Counted from the stretch's first letter, positions 37,259 through 46,913 are shown. The stretch: DNA of 64,000 bases from Verrucomicrobiota bacterium (GCA_036160955.1 JAYYDJ010000095.1:1790-65789), one strand, 5' to 3'. Notes: a model not told the origin generated them from the sequence alone. A program made the numbers and translations.

Positions 37259-38338
37259 TCAGTGTATATTTAATAATGTTATAATTTTTTTAGCGACGCT
37301 TATAAATGCTTTCGCTGCAGGAGAATCTGGATCGCTAACCACGATTGGTATACCATTATCACTACCGACTCTTAGGGCTGGTTCTAATGGAATTTGACCA
37401 AGAAGTTCAGTTTGAAGGCTATTTGCTGTTTCCTCTCCACCGCCTTCTCCAAAGATGGCGTGGCGATAGCCATCAGCAGCTTCTAAATAACTCATATTTT
37501 CAACGACACCCATGATAGGAACATTCACTTTTTCAAACATTCTAGCACCTCGGCGTGCAACCTGAAATGCTGCCGCTTGAGGCGTTGTGATGATGATTGC
37601 TCCATCTAGAGGAATCGTTTGTACAAGAGACAACTGTGCATCGCCCGTACCAGGCGGAAGATCAACAACTAAAACCTTGAGTTCTCCCCAGTTAACATTT
37701 TGAGCAAATTGCTGAATCGTTTTCATGATCATTGGTCCTCGCCAAACCACTGGAGTGTCCTGATCTACAAGGAATCCCATCGACATAGAAGAGACTCCAA
37801 AATTACTAATGGGTCGGATTAAATCATTTTCTATCTCTGGCTGCCCGTTTACACCCAACATAAGTGGGACCGATGGGCCATAAATATCGCAATCCATTAT
37901 ACCGACACCTGACTTATTCTTGGCTTCAAGTAATCGTTGCAGGGCGCATGCTACGTTTACAGCAACAGTAGACTTACCAACCCCACCTTTACCGGAGGCA
38001 ATCGCAATTGTATGTTTCACTTGCTGCATGGTCGTATGTGTACTAGGGGTAGAGGCACTACCGCTCGCTGTTGCCGCTAGCTCTTGCGGGCTGTTAACTT
38101 CCATGCGAACCCTGACTTCACTAACTCCTACGAGCTCTCCTACCTTAGCTTTTATGTCAGCTGCAATCTGCTCTGGTACTTTTGGGTCTCGGCTGGTTAT
38201 TTTAACTCCTATTTGCACCATACCCTGCGTTAATTCTACCTCACTAATTAGTCCAAAAGAAACTATGTCGCGACTAAATCCAGGATATTTAACTAATTTA
38301 AGGGCGTCTTCTACTTTTTGTTTGTCCACAACTGTCAA
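37259..38338 (-). CDS. apbC: Fe-S cluster carrier ATPase, Mrp/ApbC/NBP35 family, with an N-terminal DUF59-like domain
   Basis: Shows the deviant Walker A ASGKGGVGKST, ...DCDIYGPS... and ...DLPPGTGD.... The N-terminal part, LKLVKYPGFSRDIVSFGL, is MIP18/DUF59-like. Confidence 0.9.
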   Translation of the reverse strand: MTVVDKQKVEDALKLVKYPGFSRDIVSFGLISEVELTQGMVQIGVKITSRDPKVPEQIAADIKAKVGELVGVSEVRVRMEVNSPQELAATASGSASTPSTHTTMQQVKHTIAIASGKGGVGKSTVAVNVACALQRLLEAKNKSGVGIMDCDIYGPSVPLMLGVNGQPEIENDLIRPISNFGVSSMSMGFLVDQDTPVVWRGPMIMKTIQQFAQNVNWGELKVLVVDLPPGTGDAQLSLVQTIPLDGAIIITTPQAAAFQVARRGARMFEKVNVPIMGVVENMSYLEAADGYRHAIFGEGGGEETANSLQTELLGQIPLEPALRVGSDNGIPIVVSDPDSPAAKAFISVAKKIITLLNIH

Positions 38339-38452
38339 AGTATAATCTGTTTTGAAATGTGAAAGTTTTTTCGGTGATTTAAAATAATTATTTTTTTAAT
38401 TTCCAATAGCTTTACATTTGCGATCAGTTGGTTCGTATAATCTTATCATAGC

Positions 38453-39655
38453 ATGCGTTTATCTGCATCTTTATTATTTATCACATTTATTACATTAAAG
38501 TTATTTTCCAATCTAGATGCACAATCGGGTGTCATTGAACTAGAAGAGGCGGTACGTGAAAACTCTGCAGTCCTGCCGATTACTATTGAAAGTACCAATT
38601 CTTTAATTCTCTCACATTCCCGACAAGTCTTTAGACTGCATGGTGGATATCGTGTCGTCACTACTAATGAGTCAGTATTTAGGTTTAGTTTAGAGCTTTC
38701 TGGAACAGATTCGGTGAAATTGTCCATATTCCAAGGCTTGGAGAATAATGCAGTCTATACGAGTACTTTTAAAGGTGATGACTTAGAACATGCAGTATGT
38801 CTTGCCTGTGACTACGCCGTTGAATATACATCCAACGATATAGGGTTTTTTGCAGGAAAGCTTAGCTTTGTAGTAAAGAAACATCGGACGTCAGAAATCT
38901 ATATAAGTGACTTATTGTTCACAAAGGTGCGCGCCGTCACAAGCGATCGTTCATTTGCGATGGGTCCAAGCTGGTCGCCAGATGGCACACAGTTATTATA
39001 CACGACTTATCATAAGTCAGGGTTTCCAGATATATACCTTATGGACTTGAATGCAGGTGTCAGGCAAGCGGTTGCAAGTTTTAAAGGAACAAATAACGGC
39101 GCAGAATTTAGTCCCAACGGAAGTAGGATTGCGATGACCTTATCAGGGTCTGGCAATGCTGAGCTTTACGTATCAAACCAACTTGGTAGGGAATTGCGCC
39201 GTATAACAAAAAATAATTCATTGGAGACTTCTCCTAGTTGGTCGCCAGATGGTCAGAGTATAGTGTATGCATCAGATGCACTAGGAAGGCCACAATTGTT
39301 CGTTGCAAGTGCTACGGGAGGTGCGCGCCGTCGCTTACCAACGAATATTAGTCGCTATTGCGCCGAGCCGGATTTGAATCCACGCAATTCGAGCCAAATT
39401 ACTTTTACCGCGGCGGTAAATGGTGGATTTCAAATCGCCTTATATGATTCTAAATTGCAGAGCTCGAAAATCATATCTAACCTAAAAGGTTCTGCAGTGG
39501 AACCAACTTGGCTCAATGATGGTCGGCACATAATTCTAACAGAGCGTTTAGACGGGCGTAGTCGTTTAATGATATTGGATTCTCTCAGTGGTCAGTCATT
39601 AGCACTGCATAAGCCAAGCTTAGGTGATGCCTGTGAAGCATCCTTTGTGTATTAA
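38453..39655 (+). CDS. TolB-like periplasmic beta-propeller protein
   Basis: It has a signal peptide. Repeated blades are visible: PSWSPDGTQLLYTT, EFSPNGSRIAMT, PSWSPDGQSIVYAS. An N-terminal TolB_N-like domain is present. No other tol-pal genes are nearby. Confidence 0.7.
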   Translation: MRLSASLLFITFITLKLFSNLDAQSGVIELEEAVRENSAVLPITIESTNSLILSHSRQVFRLHGGYRVVTTNESVFRFSLELSGTDSVKLSIFQGLENNAVYTSTFKGDDLEHAVCLACDYAVEYTSNDIGFFAGKLSFVVKKHRTSEIYISDLLFTKVRAVTSDRSFAMGPSWSPDGTQLLYTTYHKSGFPDIYLMDLNAGVRQAVASFKGTNNGAEFSPNGSRIAMTLSGSGNAELYVSNQLGRELRRITKNNSLETSPSWSPDGQSIVYASDALGRPQLFVASATGGARRRLPTNISRYCAEPDLNPRNSSQITFTAAVNGGFQIALYDSKLQSSKIISNLKGSAVEPTWLNDGRHIILTERLDGRSRLMILDSLSGQSLALHKPSLGDACEASFVY

Positions 39656-39657
39656 GC

Positions 39658-40980
39658 TTAATTAACTGGCTGCAACTGCTTGCTTGTAATAGTTCTTTTC
39701 CAAAGTTCATTACCTTCAACACTAATAACTCGAAGAGTGAGCTGACGGTTTTCTTCTGTACCAGTAAAATCTATTAGAGTAAATTGACGCTCAAGAGTAT
39801 TCGTTCCAGGCATACGAAAATAGTTGAGTTCATCGACTTGCTTAGGATTTGCAGTTAATGGGCCAACACTAAGGTCGTATAGGTTATAACTGTTAATATG
39901 TACCAAGCGGGTTAGTTCACCATGATACTTTCCACCGCTAATAAATAAAAGTCCTGCTATTTTCTCGGTCCTTATCATTTCTAATAGTCGGGACTGTTCT
40001 TCGGATGCATAGCTTAAATTTGTTGGTGTAGCTGCTGGATTTAGGACAGGTGCACCTGCTATGATGAGCTTAAATGTTGCCGTACTACGGACTAATTCTT
40101 GGCGCAACCATTCGATTTGAGCACTTCCAAGTATTTCAGCTTTCTTATTTGAACTTGGTAGGTCATCACGGTTACTTCGAACATCTAGTAAAAAGAAGTC
40201 TACATCCGAGCGACGCATACGTGTTGGTATGCCCTCAAGTTGAGAAACTTCGACTGCTCGAGGCCAAAATGCTTTGAAGGCTTTTTCTGCCTGCTCACGA
40301 TGGGAGTAAAACTTGCCATCATTATTTACGCTATATTCTGCACTACTCCAAGTTGCATAGTGAGGAATACTTGCAAGCAGTGGTTCAAGCTGAGGCGTGG
40401 AACGTGCTTTGCTGTAACGCTTGAAGTAACCGCTTTGAGAGGACCAATCACTTTGTCTTAAGTGAGAAGTATTACCAGTCCATATCATAAGTTCTGGTTT
40501 GGTTTTCATCAGCGAAGTAAAAATCCTATAATTATTACCTAATATCTGGTAAGGAGGCTCAAAGCCATTTTCTGTTTGGTAATGTGCGCCGCCTATTGCT
40601 ATACGCAAATCTGGAGGAGGCATGCGATCATGATAGAATGTTGGCGTGGTGAAAGAGTTTTTGTTGGCAATTAGGTTTCCATCTACTTCGATTTGGTAAG
40701 AATAGGTTAATCCTGCTTCAACCGCATCAAGATCTATGGTAGCAGTATTTGCTTCACACGCTTTAGTTTTAACAGGAACGCTCCAGTTAGGCAAATTGGA
40801 TTTGGATTCAGTATAAACAACCCTAACTGTTGCAGGTGAAAAAGTCTGTACCCATACTTTTGCCTCTCTCATACCAACGTGACCTAGCATTGGACCAGCA
40901 CAGAGTTCTGCAAACAGATTACTAGATAGCGAACAGAAGCTAGTAGTTAATAATAAAAGAAATAATTTATGAATTTTCAA
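39658..40980 (-). CDS. PhoD-like metallophosphatase
   Basis: It has a signal peptide. A PhoD_N-like beta sandwich (GPMLGHVGMREAKVWVQT...VRVVY) is followed by a calcineurin-like fold (...FFLLDVRSNRD..., ...LLFISGGKYHGEL). Confidence 0.6.
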   Translation of the reverse strand: MKIHKLFLLLLTTSFCSLSSNLFAELCAGPMLGHVGMREAKVWVQTFSPATVRVVYTESKSNLPNWSVPVKTKACEANTATIDLDAVEAGLTYSYQIEVDGNLIANKNSFTTPTFYHDRMPPPDLRIAIGGAHYQTENGFEPPYQILGNNYRIFTSLMKTKPELMIWTGNTSHLRQSDWSSQSGYFKRYSKARSTPQLEPLLASIPHYATWSSAEYSVNNDGKFYSHREQAEKAFKAFWPRAVEVSQLEGIPTRMRRSDVDFFLLDVRSNRDDLPSSNKKAEILGSAQIEWLRQELVRSTATFKLIIAGAPVLNPAATPTNLSYASEEQSRLLEMIRTEKIAGLLFISGGKYHGELTRLVHINSYNLYDLSVGPLTANPKQVDELNYFRMPGTNTLERQFTLIDFTGTEENRQLTLRVISVEGNELWKRTITSKQLQPVN

Positions 40981-41037
40981 AAATAGATAAAAAAAAGATT
41001 TTTATAGATTATTAATTTACTCTAGCATAGCATGTAA

Positions 41038-41862
41038 TTACGAGATCTTTATTTTTCTGTGTCTGGAAAAGTGCATGGTGTTAACCATACGATCGACTAT
41101 TGCAGGCCTGATAATAGATGTTTGATTTACCGACTGTAGAAGGTTTTTTAGAATAAGCTCTCGATTTATTAAATTTGTTTTGTAACGCATTTTTACTTCT
41201 ACAAGTTCCGGTTTCATTTCCAACCACTGAGCCCTTACTTTGGAAACTCGCGGATATATGGCAGTCCGGTTCTTTAATTGTCTGTTAGTTTGTATGTTTG
41301 GATTCTTATCCTGTGACATGCTTATTGCTTGAAGGCATTTACGCTCATCTAGCGCAAGTGATTTCCAGCTTATCCCGCATAATTCACAGCGAGCTTCTGC
41401 TAATACTGCATGTAGTACCTTAGGTTTGAGGCGCATGACCAGAGATACACATCTCAGAGACCAATTCTCTAGTTCATAGGCAATTAAGGCAAAGCGCACT
41501 TTTGGTTCTAAGAGGCGCATCTTCATGACTATAGCGCTATTGGAAGTTATGCTGGCATGGGAAGAAGTATTTTCAAACAACAAGGATGCTAATATGAACT
41601 CAAAGTCAGATAAGCGCTCAGTATAGCCAAGTTGTTGCCAGAGCGCTACAAATACTTTTTCTATTCGTGCATTACGATCTGACTCTTTTTCCGAATAGGT
41701 AGAACCAAAGTAACAATTAGTTAGATCAAGATAAGCGGCAGCCAGGCAGAGAAATTGCTCGGTATCTCCATTCTTTGCAGCCTTCAGTTGCCTCCGACCA
41801 ACTGCTCGTGCGCGAGACGAGTCGCGAAATCTCCATAAATAGCTACGTAACTGGCTTAACAT
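41038..41862 (-). CDS. Hypothetical protein with a degenerate sigma-70/ECF-like region 4 and a C-terminal extension
   Basis: The segment LEPKVRFALIAYELENWSLRCVSLVMRLKPKVLHAVLAEARCEL has the pattern of ECF sigma region 4 (R..f.L...eg.s..e.a..l......v...l..Ar..L). The rest is unrecognised. Confidence 0.4.
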   Translation of the reverse strand: MLSQLRSYLWRFRDSSRARAVGRRQLKAAKNGDTEQFLCLAAAYLDLTNCYFGSTYSEKESDRNARIEKVFVALWQQLGYTERLSDFEFILASLLFENTSSHASITSNSAIVMKMRLLEPKVRFALIAYELENWSLRCVSLVMRLKPKVLHAVLAEARCELCGISWKSLALDERKCLQAISMSQDKNPNIQTNRQLKNRTAIYPRVSKVRAQWLEMKPELVEVKMRYKTNLINRELILKNLLQSVNQTSIIRPAIVDRMVNTMHFSRHRKIKIS

Positions 41863-41959
41863 TGTATTGTCTATCTACTGCTAATTAGTCGCGGTTCATG
41901 GGTTATTGGCTGTAATAAGACGTTAAAAACGTGAAGTTTATAAACAAGATGAATTGTAA

Positions 41960-42691
41960 TTAATCTTGTTCGCGACCTGGACGTCTCTTGCATTCAGACC
42001 GGCAGTCGCCGATGACTCGAATCCATAATTCACGTAAATCATATAGACGTATGCGTACCTCTTTATGAAATGCTTCTAAGAACTTTTTATTGGGGTGATT
42101 TAGTTGATTCAATATCGATAAAGATTCATTGAGCGCGGTAAGGCTGTTTTTTAAGTGGCAAATGGTGAGGCCAAAGTCACCTAAATCAAGTGCTTGTACA
42201 GAGAGTAGCACGTTTATTTCGGCTTGGTGAAGTGAATGAACATATTTCCAACATGTTTTTAAAGATGTCGTAGAGCTTCCATCTTTTGTATGTTCAGATG
42301 TATTAATCGATGTCTCGGAGTTTAAATAATGCTCCCAACTTTGGTGTAAATAACGGTATAGTCCCCTTGTAACTACTATTACTGGGTGTTTGTGTAGAGT
42401 GTACGGCGCCGACTCATTCTCATTTATACTTTCCAGGTCGTTACAATCTGCTGCACTAAATTCATCCATTTCATCTTTTAAAGAAATATCATTAGCATCC
42501 CATCCCATCTGAGAAGCAACCTCATCTAAATGATTCGGTTTGTCTTTAAGACTATTGTAAATAGATATAAATCGCGCGGGTTCGCGATCAGAGTTTTTAA
42601 GATAGCCTCTCCATTGGGACTCCCCCCATGAAGATCCCTGAGAGAAGTCCTCCCAGTTTCCTTCTGAATGATCAAAGTTTGGTTCGTTCAT
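41960..42691 (-). CDS. Hypothetical protein with an acidic, Trp-rich N-terminus
   Basis: This 243-aa ORF has no motif I recognise. It lies upstream of, and is co-oriented with, the sigma-like gene. Confidence 0.45.
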   Translation of the reverse strand: MNEPNFDHSEGNWEDFSQGSSWGESQWRGYLKNSDREPARFISIYNSLKDKPNHLDEVASQMGWDANDISLKDEMDEFSAADCNDLESINENESAPYTLHKHPVIVVTRGLYRYLHQSWEHYLNSETSINTSEHTKDGSSTTSLKTCWKYVHSLHQAEINVLLSVQALDLGDFGLTICHLKNSLTALNESLSILNQLNHPNKKFLEAFHKEVRIRLYDLRELWIRVIGDCRSECKRRPGREQD

Positions 42692-42849
42692 TGGAGATTT
42701 TATAACCTCGGTTCAAATATAAACTGAGCTGACTCTTTAAATAAATCAATAATGATTTATTAGGCTATTTAATTTATTTATAATTTTTACCATTTTTTGC
42801 AGTATCGCTTTTATAATTAAAATAACGTAGTTTCAACATGGTTATTCTT

Positions 42850-42865
42850 CGGATTTTGATTTGCA
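42850..42865 (+). promoter_or_regulatory. Candidate sigma-54 (-24/-12) promoter upstream of acyP
   Basis: cGGattttgatTTGCA has GG and GC separated exactly as in TGGCAC-N5-TTGCW, with TTGCA conserved. It lies about 35 nt upstream of the acyP ATG in an otherwise AT-rich 209-nt spacer. Confidence 0.3.
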
Positions 42866-42900
42866 CATAGTACCGTCAGTAACATATTTAAGAATTTTTA

Positions 42901-43179
42901 ATGGGAGGTATTGTCTACAGTATAAAATGTTGGTTTGAAGGTCATGTCCAAGGAGTCGGCTTTCGATACCAAGCTGCGGCTATTGCAAAGGGCTATGACG
43001 TTACAGGTACCGTATCCAATATCGACGATGGGCGTGTCTTCATTCACGCAGAGGGCGAAGAGGCAGAAGTTACTGCATTTAAGGCTGAGATAGAAAGCGA
43101 AATGTCTAGTTTCATACGGCGCACTGAAATAAAAAATGCCACAGGCCCAAGAGTTTACAATAGCTTTTCGATATCGTAA
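42901..43179 (+). CDS. acyP: Acylphosphatase
   Basis: Shows GHVQGVGFRY and ...GTVSNIDDGRV.IHAEGEE.... Confidence 0.85.
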   Translation: MGGIVYSIKCWFEGHVQGVGFRYQAAAIAKGYDVTGTVSNIDDGRVFIHAEGEEAEVTAFKAEIESEMSSFIRRTEIKNATGPRVYNSFSIS

Positions 43180-43181
43180 AA

Positions 43182-44066
43182 ATGAATGACGTGGCGATTC
43201 AAATTAAAGGAGTTACAAAAGATTTCATTTCAGGTTTTAGAGGGGTGAAGCTTAGAGCAATTGAAGATATAAATCTAGAAGTTGCTAATAACGAGATTTA
43301 TGGACTTTTAGGTCCGAATGGAAGTGGTAAGAGCACGACTATAAAAATAGTACTAGGCCTTTTGCGTGCATCTAAAGGTTCGTGTCATATTTATGGTCAA
43401 CACAGCTATACTTTGTGCGTTAGAAAAAGTGTCGGTTATCTACCCGAAGCACCTTATTTTCATAGTTATTTGAGTGGCTATGAACTGGTTCGTTATTATG
43501 CACGCATCTGTGGTTTGGATCGGAAGATAGTAAATGAACGTGTGGACGATTCTATCGAACTAGTTAAAATGCAAGAGGCTAAAAATCGACTTATTGGTAC
43601 ATATTCTAAAGGCATGTTACAGAGAATTGGACTCGCTCAAGCACTAGTCCATGACCCAAAGCTTGTAATTTTAGATGAACCTACTGCAGGGTTAGACCCA
43701 ATGGGGACAGAAGCAGTTGCAGCTATAATACGCACATTAAAAGATCGCGGTAAGACCGTACTAATTTGTTCTCATTTATTAGGTCAAATCGAAGGCTTAT
43801 GTGATCGAGTAGCCATCTTGCATAGAGGTCGGTTAATTTGTAGCGGTCGAGTAGAAGATCTACTTCAGCAAACTGAGAGAGAATCGTTCATTGTGAAGGA
43901 TCTTGGTGTAGATGGTCGACTGGCAGTGGAAAAATTAATCAAGAAGCAAGGTGGAAGACTTTCGAGTATAAAAAAGCCACTTCTAAGTCTCAATGAGCTA
44001 TTTCTTAAGGAGGTAGAGTTGAGTGAATCAACACACTTAAAAAAGCGTTACGAAGAGACCAAATGA
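43182..44066 (+). CDS. ABC transporter ATPase (ABC-2 / CcmA-type)
   Basis: Shows Walker A GPNGSGKST, signature YSKGMLQR and Walker B LVILDEPTAGLD. Confidence 0.88.
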   Translation: MNDVAIQIKGVTKDFISGFRGVKLRAIEDINLEVANNEIYGLLGPNGSGKSTTIKIVLGLLRASKGSCHIYGQHSYTLCVRKSVGYLPEAPYFHSYLSGYELVRYYARICGLDRKIVNERVDDSIELVKMQEAKNRLIGTYSKGMLQRIGLAQALVHDPKLVILDEPTAGLDPMGTEAVAAIIRTLKDRGKTVLICSHLLGQIEGLCDRVAILHRGRLICSGRVEDLLQQTERESFIVKDLGVDGRLAVEKLIKKQGGRLSSIKKPLLSLNELFLKEVELSESTHLKKRYEETK

Positions 44067-44896
44067 CAGCATCTTTACAAAGAATACGTTTAATAGCCTA
44101 TAATACTTTTTTAGAAGCATTACACCAAAAATTTTTTAGTGCATTATTACTCATTTCAGTGGGCTTAATCCTTACTGCTAGTTTTTTCCAGCAATTTGAT
44201 TTCGGCACTAACGAATTAAAATTTATAATTGATTTTGGTTTTGGCGCTATATTCTTTTTTGGTTCTATTTTAGCTATATCTCTAATGGCACAGCTATTTT
44301 TTAATGAGATCGAGAGCCGCACAGTTTTAACTTTATTATCGAAACCTGTTCACAGGTCGGAGTTTTTGATAGGAAAATTTATTGGTACACAGTTCCTTAT
44401 GTTGATTTTCGTATTTGTTCTTTCACTAGTCCTTATTGTAATTTTATTTTGGCGAGAGAGTATATTACTCTCTCGCTTTGGTAATGATGTGAAATTGGAT
44501 ACATTGTTGCATTATTACGATATATTCATTTTTGCCATTTTGCAGTGGGTTAGATTTTGTGTGATCGGAGCATTTACATTGCTAATTTGTAGCTTTGCCA
44601 AATCTTATGTTTATACATTTATTACTTCACTTTTTGTACTCATTGTATGCCAATTGCAGTACATTGCGTATGAGTTGTATGCTCATATGGATGTAGGTCT
44701 AACTCGCCTCCTTGCGCAGTTAGTCGCATGGACTTTTCCTAACTTTCAGCTGTTTAATGTTGGTGATCAATTAGTTCTCGAAGGTAGCTCAAGCCTATCA
44801 TATTCGACTACTATTCATATAATCGGATATGGGTTTATCTATGTGTGCACATATATTTTCTTAGCATATCACAATTTCAAAATGCGTCAGATTTAA
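44063..44896 (+). CDS. ABC-2-type permease
   Basis: It has about 6 hydrophobic segments. It overlaps the ATPase gene by 4 nt, and the ...EIESRTVLTLLSKPV... motif is typical of ABC-2 permeases. Confidence 0.7.
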   Translation: MTASLQRIRLIAYNTFLEALHQKFFSALLLISVGLILTASFFQQFDFGTNELKFIIDFGFGAIFFFGSILAISLMAQLFFNEIESRTVLTLLSKPVHRSEFLIGKFIGTQFLMLIFVFVLSLVLIVILFWRESILLSRFGNDVKLDTLLHYYDIFIFAILQWVRFCVIGAFTLLICSFAKSYVYTFITSLFVLIVCQLQYIAYELYAHMDVGLTRLLAQLVAWTFPNFQLFNVGDQLVLEGSSSLSYSTTIHIIGYGFIYVCTYIFLAYHNFKMRQI

Positions 44897-44909
44897 GCTT
44901 ACGGATGTA

Positions 44910-45734
44910 ATGTTTAGTTTATGTGATACGTGTCCAGTAATGTCTAAAATTTGGACAATTATAATTGTATCAGTATTGCTTATATGCTCCGCATTTCTGT
45001 CACAACCTTTAGAGAACAGAGCTTGGCAAGAGGTAGATAGTCAGCAGTTGCGTGTAAATATTAAGGCAGTCGAGGATTCACTAGGGCAGGGTTTAGCGGT
45101 TGGAATTCTTGGAGGATTTCGGGGTATCTTAGCTGATTTTGCTTGGTTGCATCTAAGTGCAGTTTGGGTTAATGAAGATAGGCTAAAACTGTCGGCTATG
45201 ATTCGATTAGTGACGACTTTAGATCCTCGCCCTGAATTTTTTTGGATCAATGCAGCTCGCATGGTTGCTTATGATGTTCCAGCTTGGCGGATTCGAAAAG
45301 CTGGCGGTTATAATTCTATTTCGGACATTCAAAAATCTGCGATCGATAAGGAGCAAGCGGGTCAAGCTTTCGAGATTTTGAAGAGAGCTATAAATTATCA
45401 CCCGAATACGGCTCGCCTACCGATGGAAATTGGACAGATTTACTTGAATAGACTTCAGAACGATGCGCTCGCAGCTAAGTGGTTCTATGAGGCTAGTAAA
45501 TTTCCAGATGCACCTGAATTTGTTGTACGTATTTATGCAGAGTTGTTGCGTCGCCAGGGTAAATTAGTTGAGGCTTATAAATATTTGACGCAGATTTATC
45601 CTAGTTTGATAAACACCTCTGATTATAATCAATCACTTGTTCTAGAACGTATACAAATGCTGGAGAATGACCTTAACATAATGAAAGAGAATCGTTTTCA
45701 AGCCACTATTATAAACACATGGAAAGACTTATGA
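44910..45734 (+). CDS. Membrane-anchored TPR-like protein
   Basis: An N-terminal TM and a second hydrophobic segment (GILGGFRGILADFAWLHL) are followed by TPR-like helical repeats. The start is more likely the Met at 44940. Confidence 0.5.
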   Translation: MFSLCDTCPVMSKIWTIIIVSVLLICSAFLSQPLENRAWQEVDSQQLRVNIKAVEDSLGQGLAVGILGGFRGILADFAWLHLSAVWVNEDRLKLSAMIRLVTTLDPRPEFFWINAARMVAYDVPAWRIRKAGGYNSISDIQKSAIDKEQAGQAFEILKRAINYHPNTARLPMEIGQIYLNRLQNDALAAKWFYEASKFPDAPEFVVRIYAELLRRQGKLVEAYKYLTQIYPSLINTSDYNQSLVLERIQMLENDLNIMKENRFQATIINTWKDL

Positions 45735-45759
45735 GAGCCTTGATTTTTTATAATTTTTT

Positions 45760-46611
45760 TTGAAACAGTGTATGAATTTATCAAGCCGCCAATCTCGGGC
45801 TATTTATGATGCTAATGTAAAGCATCGCATTAATGCTGGGCGAATCGCAGTGCGTGAACAAATAGCATTTTTTAGTCGACAATTTGGTCAAATAGCGAGC
45901 GAATGGAAAAAAGATGATACGCGGGTTACTTTCGCAGATTTTGCAATTGCAGAAAGAGTTTCTGCCTCTTTACGCCGTGATTTCTCTGAGGATATCTTTT
46001 GTAGCGAAGAAGCCAATCCTTTGGATGAAATTTTGGAACTTAACTCTGAGTTTGCTTGGATCATTGATCCTATTGATGGAACGAATAATTTTGCACTTGG
46101 ATTTCCAATTTGTTCAATCTCATTAGCTCTATTATATAATGGTGAACCAATTTATGGTTTCATATATGATCATGGTACAGGTAAATTATATGAGGGTGGG
46201 TGCGGATATGGCGTACGCACCAATTCACAAAAGATTAAGCGTGACCAATTGGTTGCTAATGCACAAGTGATGTTGGGCTTACACTTTCCTATGACCAATT
46301 CCCAATTAGTAGGTTTGATACCTATGATGAAGAAGTACCGTTGTCGTTGTATCGGGAGTGGTGCATTGACTGCAACTTACGTAGCGACTGGTTATCTGAG
46401 TGGATCGATTGATTATCGAGTAAAAGTATGGGATATAGCAGCTGCTTATGCATTATGCAAAGCAGTGAAAGTAGAATTTCATTTCTTAAAAAAACCACCT
46501 TTCCCACTAAAAAAATTCCACCCTAATATGGATTTCTGTCCTTACTATGCCGGAACAAATGCATTTTGTAAGGAATTAGCCACTTCTTTGAAAATACAAA
46601 ATATTTATTAG
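45760..46611 (+). CDS. Inositol monophosphatase family protein
   Basis: Shows the WIIDPIDGTNNF motif and the downstream ...WDIAA... motif. The start is either TTG at 45760 or ATG at 45772. Confidence 0.85.
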   Translation: MKQCMNLSSRQSRAIYDANVKHRINAGRIAVREQIAFFSRQFGQIASEWKKDDTRVTFADFAIAERVSASLRRDFSEDIFCSEEANPLDEILELNSEFAWIIDPIDGTNNFALGFPICSISLALLYNGEPIYGFIYDHGTGKLYEGGCGYGVRTNSQKIKRDQLVANAQVMLGLHFPMTNSQLVGLIPMMKKYRCRCIGSGALTATYVATGYLSGSIDYRVKVWDIAAAYALCKAVKVEFHFLKKPPFPLKKFHPNMDFCPYYAGTNAFCKELATSLKIQNIY

Positions 46612-46913
46612 CAGTCTTTAGATTTAGGTTCAGATTCTGAATCGATTTCCTGATTATCCAGTGGACTCGTTTTTTGCAGATTTTGTATTTGTTCGGATTC
46701 GGCAACTTCGCTAGTATTTTGGTCATCCATTGCAGTCTGAATGTCATTCTCTATCTCAGAGGTAGCTTTTTTAAATTCACGTATAGATTTACCAAATGAA
46801 CGGAAGAGTTCCGGCAATCTTTTCGCCCCAAAAAGCAACAGCACTACCAAAAAAATTAGAATTAATTCTGGCGCGCGAAGATTTTGGATAAAGGCTAAGT
46901 TTGTAATATGCAT
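46608..46913 (-). CDS. tatA: Twin-arginine translocase subunit TatA/E
   Basis: PELILIFLVVLLLFGAKRLPELFRSFGKSIREFKKA is followed by an acidic tail. Confidence 0.85.
   Translation of the reverse strand: MHITNLAFIQNLRAPELILIFLVVLLLFGAKRLPELFRSFGKSIREFKKATSEIENDIQTAMDDQNTSEVAESEQIQNLQKTSPLDNQEIDSESEPKSKDC

Noticed and set aside
37920-38345. 141-aa plus-strand ORF antisense to mrp/apbC. Similar shadow ORFs occur at 30327..30794, 26806..27168, 20652..20993, 22299..22646, 51942..52325, 2581..2898, 61174..61473 and 61530..61835.
   Set aside because: Each lies fully inside a well-supported conserved gene on the other strand. Their composition is low-complexity, rich in Ser/Arg/Cys. These are typical antisense shadow ORFs.
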